Virus record (IMG/VR): IMGVR_UViG_3300029288_001928
Coordinates: 1 to 64,000 of that record
From: a virus
Lineage: Duplodnaviria; Caudoviricetes
Direction: 5' to 3' (one strand)
Length of the DNA: 64,000 nucleotides
The first letter of the stretch is position 1, and every line of letters begins with the position of its first letter. Under the pieces are notes generated by a model. It did not search any database. It saw nothing but the letters and a program-made list of their open reading frames with translations, and was not told the DNA's origin. Position numbers and translations under genes: made by a program. This document shows positions 58,051 through 64,000 of this stretch, in pieces.

Positions 58051-58911
58051 ATGAAAATATTATCATTAAATGGTGGAGGCTCACTTGGATATTGTACTGC
58101 AATATTTCTAAGAGAGTTAGAGAAGTACATAGGTGTTCCATTAATAGATTATTTTGATATGTTTGCTGGTGTATCAACAGGGTCATTGATTGCTGCTGCC
58201 TTAGCATCTGGTAAGACAGTAAATGAGATATGTTGGATGTATGAGAATGGTATTCCCAAGATTTTTAAATCACCAAAGTCATTAGTAATGCGTATATTTA
58301 AACCCAAGTTTAAAATAGATGGATTAAAGCAAGTAGTTACTGATATATTTGGAGATTCATTAATATCTGAGGCTAAAAAGAGGGTATTAGTTAGTGCAGT
58401 AAAGATTACAGGGGGTGACATTAAGCCGAAGTTTTGGAAGTCATGGGAAGACAGGGAATTATTTAGAAACGTTTTACTTGCAAGTTGTTCTGCTCCTACA
58501 TATTTTGAGCCATACAATATTCATGAAGATTATTATATAGATGGTGGGATGGCGACTAATAATGTATCAATGTGTGCAGTAGCAGATGCAGTTAAAATGG
58601 GTGTATCTTTAAACTCAATAAAGGTTTTGAACATTGCGTGTTTATCGCGGTGGTCATATGAGTTTAAAAATGCTAAGGGTTTGCAGGGGTTAAAGGATTG
58701 GGCATCTGCTGCGCCGATGGTAGCGACCACATCATCTGAACCATTAGCAGTTTATCAATGTAGTCAGATATTAGGTGAGAACAAGTTTAAACTTATTCAA
58801 TCGAAGATTGATTTAGACATAGATTCAGTAGATATAGATAGGTTAAAGGAGAGAGGATTTTGTTTATTTCCTCATTTACGAGAGACCAAGTTATTTTTAG
58901 AATCTATTTGA
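58051..58911 (+). CDS. Patatin-like phospholipase
   Basis: ILSLNGGG, FDMFAGVSTG (GxSxG), ASCSAPTYF, IDGG; late promoter at 58025. Confidence 0.92.
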   Translation: MKILSLNGGGSLGYCTAIFLRELEKYIGVPLIDYFDMFAGVSTGSLIAAALASGKTVNEICWMYENGIPKIFKSPKSLVMRIFKPKFKIDGLKQVVTDIFGDSLISEAKKRVLVSAVKITGGDIKPKFWKSWEDRELFRNVLLASCSAPTYFEPYNIHEDYYIDGGMATNNVSMCAVADAVKMGVSLNSIKVLNIACLSRWSYEFKNAKGLQGLKDWASAAPMVATTSSEPLAVYQCSQILGENKFKLIQSKIDLDIDSVDIDRLKERGFCLFPHLRETKLFLESI

Positions 58912-58955
58912 CTTTTGATATTTTTGGTTTAGAATAGTTGAGAAAGGTATAATTT

Positions 58956-60422
58956 GTGAAAACAAAAAAAGAAGTTTTAGAAAAATATTTTGGGTTTAAC
59001 TCATTTAGACCTGGGCAAGAAGAAGTAATTGATGAAGTTTTAAATCCCGATAATAAGGGGGTAGTATGTGTAATGCCTACAGGTGGTGGTAAAAGTTTAT
59101 TATATCAAATACCATCAATATTATTAAAAGGTACATCAATAATTGTATCTCCGCTGATATCATTGATGAAAGATCAAATAGATGCATTACATAAAAATGG
59201 TATAGATGCAGCATTTTATAATTCTTCACAATCTAAAAAGGAACAAGAATCTATTATTAATTCTTTAAATTTGGGATTAGTAGATTTATTATATGTATCG
59301 CCAGAAAGATTTGCAGATCAATATTTTTTAGATATTTTAAAAGATATGGACATTGCTTTATTTGCAGTGGATGAGGCCCATTTAATATCTCAACAGGGGC
59401 ATGATTTTAGACCATCTTATAGAAAATTAAAAAGAGCAATATTAGAATTAAATCCGAAGTCTGTAATTGCTGTTACTGCGACTGCGAAGAAAGCAGTACA
59501 AGATGACATTTGTATTCAATTAGGAATCCCATTAGCAAAAAGATTTATTAGAGGGTTCTTTAGAGATAATATATGTTTAGAATTTGTTGAATCGCATAAA
59601 GGATCAAGATTTTATGATATTGCGAATGAAGTAAAACATAGTGTAGAATATGGAATGAAAACTGGAATAATTTACACACAAACAAAAGATGATGCAGTAA
59701 TGATTTCAGAAATATTACAGAAAGATTTTAAAATACCTTGTTTATATTATCATGCTGGTTTATCTGATGATAAAAGAAAAGAAATACAGGAAGAATGGAT
59801 TATAAAAGGTGGAATAATTGCCGCTACTACTGCAATGGGAATGGGTATAGACAAAAAAGATGTAAGATTTGTATTTCATTGCGGTTTACCTGCATCAATA
59901 GAAGCATGGAGCCAAGAGTGGGGTCGTGCAGGTAGGGACGGTAATGAATCTGTTGCTAAAACATTTACAGACGTTGGCTCGGATAGTTTTTTACAAAAAT
60001 TTTTAATTAATTTATCATTGCCACCTATTAGTGAGATTAAAAAGTTTTGGTATTGGTTATATAATGAGACAAAGCACGATTTGAATTTAAAAATGACACA
60101 AGAAAAAATGCAAGAAAAGTCAAAGTGTAAATTTGTAAGTGGTGCATTATCCGTATTAAAATATAATAACATGGTTGAGACTATAAAAAGAGGAGAATAT
60201 AGAGTTAAAGAAAGATATTCTTCTATTAATGTTATTGATGAGTTAGTAGATTGGAAATCACATTTAGATAGAAGAAATTCCAAATTAGAAATGTTAAAAC
60301 AAATGATTGATTTATCATGTAACAATAGTGACTGTAGGATGTTACAAATATTAGAATATTTTGGTGATACATCATATACAAAACCATGTGGTAGATGTGA
60401 TGTTTGTCAAAAATCTATTTGA
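58956..60422 (+). CDS. recQ: RecQ-family DNA helicase
   Basis: FRPGQ, MPTGGGKSL, SPLISLMKDQ, VDEAH, GHDFRPSY, QEWGRAGRDG, C-terminal CR..YFG..CGRCDVC. Confidence 0.95.
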   Translation: MKTKKEVLEKYFGFNSFRPGQEEVIDEVLNPDNKGVVCVMPTGGGKSLLYQIPSILLKGTSIIVSPLISLMKDQIDALHKNGIDAAFYNSSQSKKEQESIINSLNLGLVDLLYVSPERFADQYFLDILKDMDIALFAVDEAHLISQQGHDFRPSYRKLKRAILELNPKSVIAVTATAKKAVQDDICIQLGIPLAKRFIRGFFRDNICLEFVESHKGSRFYDIANEVKHSVEYGMKTGIIYTQTKDDAVMISEILQKDFKIPCLYYHAGLSDDKRKEIQEEWIIKGGIIAATTAMGMGIDKKDVRFVFHCGLPASIEAWSQEWGRAGRDGNESVAKTFTDVGSDSFLQKFLINLSLPPISEIKKFWYWLYNETKHDLNLKMTQEKMQEKSKCKFVSGALSVLKYNNMVETIKRGEYRVKERYSSINVIDELVDWKSHLDRRNSKLEMLKQMIDLSCNNSDCRMLQILEYFGDTSYTKPCGRCDVCQKSI

Positions 60423-60467
60423 CTTTTAAAATCTAACCTGTAAAATATAATTAAAGGAGTCATAAAA

Positions 60468-60896
60468 ATGACAGATTTATCATTTCCAGCAGAGTTAATA
60501 GAAAAAGTAGAATCAGACAATAAAGATGAAAAACCATTAATTACGTTAAAAAATGTAAATATGGTAGAATTTATTAAAGAGATTTTAAAAGATGAATTGG
60601 TAGAAAAATTTCTTTCCAATACTGATGTATTAGATATGTTTGCACGAAGAATTGGTGTAGAAGGTCTGCTTCGTACTTATAATAAGGAAGAAGTATGTGA
60701 TAAAATCACATGGGATTATATTAAAGAATATTTCTTAGATCATATTGAATCATCTGATATTCTTGATTATATAGGTTGGGAAACTGTATCTAATCATTTT
60801 AAGGATCATATTGATTCTGTAGAACCTAGTAAAGAAGATATAAATAATGGTGGATCTATATTGGAGAAACTGAATGCAAATAAGGGAAAAAATTAA
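60468..60896 (+). CDS. Hypothetical acidic early protein
   Basis: Early promoter at 60419; RBS AAGGAG. Confidence 0.7.
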   Translation: MTDLSFPAELIEKVESDNKDEKPLITLKNVNMVEFIKEILKDELVEKFLSNTDVLDMFARRIGVEGLLRTYNKEEVCDKITWDYIKEYFLDHIESSDILDYIGWETVSNHFKDHIDSVEPSKEDINNGGSILEKLNANKGKN

Positions 60897-61596
60897 ACAA
60901 ATATTAGAAGAAAATTATAAAAGTTTAGTAGGTACTTTTGGTGAAAAGCAAAATAAGGGGAAAATGTATCTTCGTAGAGAAGATGCAAAACGAAAGAGAA
61001 AAGAACGAGCAAAAGATAAATCTTCAAATAAAATAGTAGAAAATGAAGATTGTGTCGATCCAAAAGAAATAGTTAAACAACAACGCAGAAATCTCAAAGG
61101 GGGGTTAAGACTAACTCCTCTTGAGACGTTTGCTGCAAAATTAATCTATTATATAGAAACAAAAAAACAAAAACATATAATAGAAGCAATAGAATTAATG
61201 GAAGATTATCCAAAATTAGGAAAATATGTTAAAGAACAAAGTAAAAAAATACTTCCTAAATATGAATTCTGTGTTTATGCTGGTAGAGAACGTTTAGATG
61301 AAGAAATAGGTCAAATATCACAAAGATCCGATGGTGATTATCATAACTGGACACTTTCAAAAGAAAGTGTTAAATATGTATTTAATGAAAGTGAATCTCC
61401 ATATACAATGGAGTGTAAAATAGTTCCAGATGATGTTATAATATACATTCCCGCGTTTACACAATTAATGGAAAATGTTATCCTTGAAGGATTGATAGAA
61501 GAACCATCAAAAAATGTAATCAGAGATGCAAAAAAACAAGAAGAAATTATCCTACCTGGAAAATATAATGAAGGATATATTATAGGAGTTAATTAG
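60874..61596 (+). CDS. Late protein with a possible degenerate ADP-ribosyltransferase-like fold
   Basis: VYAG..HNWT..QEEIIL; late promoter at 60839; N-terminal KIKQILEE. Confidence 0.45.
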   Translation: MQIREKIKQILEENYKSLVGTFGEKQNKGKMYLRREDAKRKRKERAKDKSSNKIVENEDCVDPKEIVKQQRRNLKGGLRLTPLETFAAKLIYYIETKKQKHIIEAIELMEDYPKLGKYVKEQSKKILPKYEFCVYAGRERLDEEIGQISQRSDGDYHNWTLSKESVKYVFNESESPYTMECKIVPDDVIIYIPAFTQLMENVILEGLIEEPSKNVIRDAKKQEEIILPGKYNEGYIIGVN

Positions 61597-61598
61597 CA

Positions 61599-61958
61599 AT
61601 GAGTATAGATAATATGCATAAAGCATTTGAAGGCTGGAAAGCTATTAAATCTGGTAAGCGTTCAGTAGAACCACCACAACCAAAAAATGATGTTGATGAT
61701 CAAAAAATAACACCAGAATTAAAAAGAAAACTTTTAATGGAAGCACAAAAAGAAGCAGATAATGCAATTGAAGATCCTGCAAAACATTTAAGAAATGCTT
61801 ATAAACAAAAAATTCAAGCAGAAAAAGCCTCAAAAACTGTTAAACTGGACCCACCAAAAACATTAATGCTATTGTGTGAAGTATCAGAAAAAGGTGGAAA
61901 AATCCTGTCAGTCGAAGAAGCAGGATTTAACGTATATAAAATAACATATATAATATAA
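61599..61958 (+). CDS. Hypothetical protein
   Basis: RBS GGAG; operon arrangement. Confidence 0.65.
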   Translation: MSIDNMHKAFEGWKAIKSGKRSVEPPQPKNDVDDQKITPELKRKLLMEAQKEADNAIEDPAKHLRNAYKQKIQAEKASKTVKLDPPKTLMLLCEVSEKGGKILSVEEAGFNVYKITYII

Positions 61959-61967
61959 GGATTTTAA

Positions 61968-62333
61968 ATGGCACAAGAACGATTCGATAGTACATTTAGA
62001 GTAGGTGATGCGGTTACAATCATTGTAAAAGTAAAACCATATATTGATGTAAGTTTACCCCCATCAGCAAATGATTATCGTAGAGTATCATGTGTTAAAA
62101 TAGCAATTTATGATCCTCAAGAAGAATTAGTAGAAGATACAAGAGAAAATCCAAGAGATATGTTACCTGTTCCAAATAGACCAGGATGGTATTATTATAG
62201 ATATCAAACAACACCTGATATGGAACAAGGAGTATATACTGCAATTGCAACTGCATATTGTAAAATAGATACACAAGTATATCAAAATAGAAATGTACAA
62301 GAGTTTAGACTTGTAAATGATGGGATAGCCTGA
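61968..62333 (+). CDS. Ig-like beta-sandwich protein, probably structural
   Basis: F.VGD.V.I..IAIYDP..GWYYY.Y..GVYTA pattern. Confidence 0.55.
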   Translation: MAQERFDSTFRVGDAVTIIVKVKPYIDVSLPPSANDYRRVSCVKIAIYDPQEELVEDTRENPRDMLPVPNRPGWYYYRYQTTPDMEQGVYTAIATAYCKIDTQVYQNRNVQEFRLVNDGIA

Positions 62334-63085
62334 TGGCACTTTACGATAAAACTGATAATTATTCCAATTTATGTCCAGATGGTCCATCTGGTGAAACAAG
62401 AAGTGAAGTAAATCACGTTCTTGAAATAAATGAATCTCATTCAGATAACTTTTTATTAGTAATTCCACGATTACCAGTTGCGAGATATTTAAGTAGTTAT
62501 TTTAGTGAAATAACTAATCCTAAATATTTTTTTGATACTCCTGCTACATCAGGAACATCTGGTACTTCCAGTACACCAGATATATCAACATGCTCATCTG
62601 CATCTGTTACACAAGATAAAATTAGAAGAGAAGAAAATCTGGATATTACAAATTTCAGATTATATATTTCTGGATGCACTATGCCAGATGTTACTATAAA
62701 TCCAGTAACATTAGGTACACAATTTGCAGATATTAATAGAGCATCAAAAATACAATTTGGTGATTTAACGACAAATATGCAAATTAGCGAAAACTTTATA
62801 AATTATAATGTAATATTATTCTGGATGTATGCTCTCCATAACCCACAAGAATATAATAAACTATTCGGTAGACAAATGATCCAAACATTCTTTACGGAAA
62901 TTCATCTAATAGTTACAAATAACCATAGAGAAAAAATAGCAGAATTTAAATTCATAGACGCATTTCCTTCAACTATGGGCGGTCCTCAATTCGATTATAA
63001 AAACGCAGATAAAATAAATACAGCAGTCACTTGGAAACATTCTGGTATGCAACCATGTGATAACTTTATTCTAAAATACGTTTGA
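62333..63085 (+). CDS. gp3: Tail completion / sheath stabiliser (T4 gp3-like)
   Basis: NFLLVIPRLP, CTMPDV, KIQFGDL..ISENFINY..W, FKFIDAFPS; S/T-rich insertion. Confidence 0.8.
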   Translation: MALYDKTDNYSNLCPDGPSGETRSEVNHVLEINESHSDNFLLVIPRLPVARYLSSYFSEITNPKYFFDTPATSGTSGTSSTPDISTCSSASVTQDKIRREENLDITNFRLYISGCTMPDVTINPVTLGTQFADINRASKIQFGDLTTNMQISENFINYNVILFWMYALHNPQEYNKLFGRQMIQTFFTEIHLIVTNNHREKIAEFKFIDAFPSTMGGPQFDYKNADKINTAVTWKHSGMQPCDNFILKYV

Positions 63086-63094
63086 TTTTTATTT

Positions 63095-63478
63095 GTGAGG
63101 ATATATAATAATACTATGACAGATAGATCAAATTGTAAATTCGCATTAATAAAAAATCTAGATTCTACTACTGTAGTAAATTCTGATGGATCTACTATTA
63201 AAAAAACAAAAAAAGTAATACAAAAAATTGACGAAAATGGCCAACCTATGTTTACTATCCAAGAAGTAACTGTAAAAAAAGGCTGTAAGTGTAAAGGTAA
63301 TCAAACTACCGAAATAGTACAAAAAAAAGTCCCTGTTACAGAAGAAATATGGGTCGAAGAAGTCGTATCACATCAACAAGTGTCTGTAGAATCAGGACTT
63401 ATAATGTGTAAACTATACGGAAAAGTAAAACGAACCTTCTGCGATAAATGCTCTACCTTCAAACCTAAACCATCTTAA
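63095..63478 (+). CDS. Small Cys-containing hypothetical protein
   Basis: GCKCK and C..C.KC motifs; probable start ATG at 63116. Confidence 0.55.
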   Translation: MRIYNNTMTDRSNCKFALIKNLDSTTVVNSDGSTIKKTKKVIQKIDENGQPMFTIQEVTVKKGCKCKGNQTTEIVQKKVPVTEEIWVEEVVSHQQVSVESGLIMCKLYGKVKRTFCDKCSTFKPKPS

Positions 63479-63588
63479 AAAAAGTAGTTGACTTTTAATT
63501 TCGACCTGTTATAATTGATCCCAGACAAAAGAAAAACTTTTCGGAAACGAAAAGAACGAGTATAAATAAAACCTAGAGGGAACAAAAA

Positions 63589-63708
63589 ATGACTTGCTTA
63601 TCTCTGAATACAAAGTATAATAAGCAAAATATGGCACCAAAATATTGCCATATTACATCCCTCTCCGTCGATTCATTTAGTGATCGTATTGGAGGGATCC
63701 AGAGGTAA
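63589..63708 (+). CDS. 39-aa leader peptide of tRNA operon 2 (putative attenuator)
   Basis: RBS AGAGGGA; MTCLSLNTKYNKQNMAPKYCHITSLSVDSFSDRIGGIQR*; the last codons are complementary to the terminator 5' arm. Confidence 0.65.
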   Translation: MTCLSLNTKYNKQNMAPKYCHITSLSVDSFSDRIGGIQR

Positions 63709-63730
63709 GTAGGAATACATAGAGATTCCG

Positions 63731-63761
63731 AAAGCCTCTGGGAAACCCCAGAGGCTTTTTT
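63731..63761 (+). terminator. Intrinsic terminator (attenuator) upstream of tRNA operon 2
   Basis: AAAGCCTCTGGG-AAAC-CCCAGAGGCTTTTTT. Confidence 0.88.
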
Positions 63762-63847
63762 AATGGTCTTTTACAATTATATATCGTGGAATATAATAAA
63801 GGTTAAACCCCTCTTGGATAGGGTAAAATCTATCCAAGAGATTTTTT

Positions 63848-63942
63848 GGAAACGAGTTAGATATCGGTTCGCTAAAACGATTTGCTAAATCGTGTGTCGT
63901 TCAAAAAAGATCGGCATGGGAGTTCGACTCTCCCCGTTTCCG
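63848..63942 (+). tRNA. tRNA-Ser(GCT)
   Basis: GGAAACG/CGTTTCC acceptor; ACGAT-TTGCTAA-ATCGT; long variable arm; GGGAG-TTCGACT-CTCCC; G73. Confidence 0.9.
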
Positions 63943-63949
63943 CTTATAT

Positions 63950-64000
63950 GGAGAGTGATCTATACGGCGGTCTGTAGAACCGTTGCTTTTAATATGTATA
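63950..64000 (+). tRNA. Partial tRNA-Tyr(GTA)-like sequence with a shortened D arm, truncated by the window end
   Basis: GGAGAGT-GA-TCTATAC-G-GCGGT-CTGTAGA-ACCGT. Confidence 0.45.

Noticed and set aside
57483-58157. ORFs 57483-57671 (-) and 57966-58157 (+)
   Set aside because: They overlap tRNA/ncRNA genes, a terminator and the patatin gene; spurious.
340-62679. Numerous minus-strand ORFs in the track (e.g. 340-750, 1805-2431, 42901-43521, 51284-51586, 59876-60325)
   Set aside because: Antisense shadows of well-supported plus-strand genes or repeats; no RBS or recognisable motifs.
1-64000. Stop-codon reassignment (alternative genetic code)
   Set aside because: Core genes are full-length in code 11 and terminate with TAA, TAG and TGA.

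Overview
AT-rich (~30% GC) genome segment of a large T4-like myovirus. It covers the head module (portal, prohead protease, scaffold, major capsid), fibre/tailspike genes, neck gp13-15, terminase, sheath, tube, baseplate/tape-measure genes, putative internal head proteins, an early accessory region (LemA-like pair, full WGR-PARP, RecQ, patatin) and two tRNA operons. T4-type late promoters (TATAAATA) precede the structural genes; sigma70-like promoters (TTGAC..TATAAT) with uniform 16-nt spacers precede the early genes. Highlights: (1) a 39-codon leader peptide sampling 18 amino acids, wired to an antiterminator/terminator directly upstream of a tRNA array, a candidate pan-tRNA-depletion sensor (attenuator); (2) a circularly permuted tRNA inside a Y-RNA-like (YrlA-type) scaffold plus a minimal second copy, in a tRNA operon clamped by a 12-bp inverted repeat; (3) a terminase fractured by an atypically split intein (31-aa IntN, 120-aa IntC) around a free-standing endonuclease that has a copy of the intein insertion site upstream; (4) a PARP1-like WGR-HD-ART gene; (5) a TnpB omegaRNA-like right end abutting a start-less HExxH ORF (IStron candidate). 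All assignments come from motif recognition and hand folding; no searches were run.
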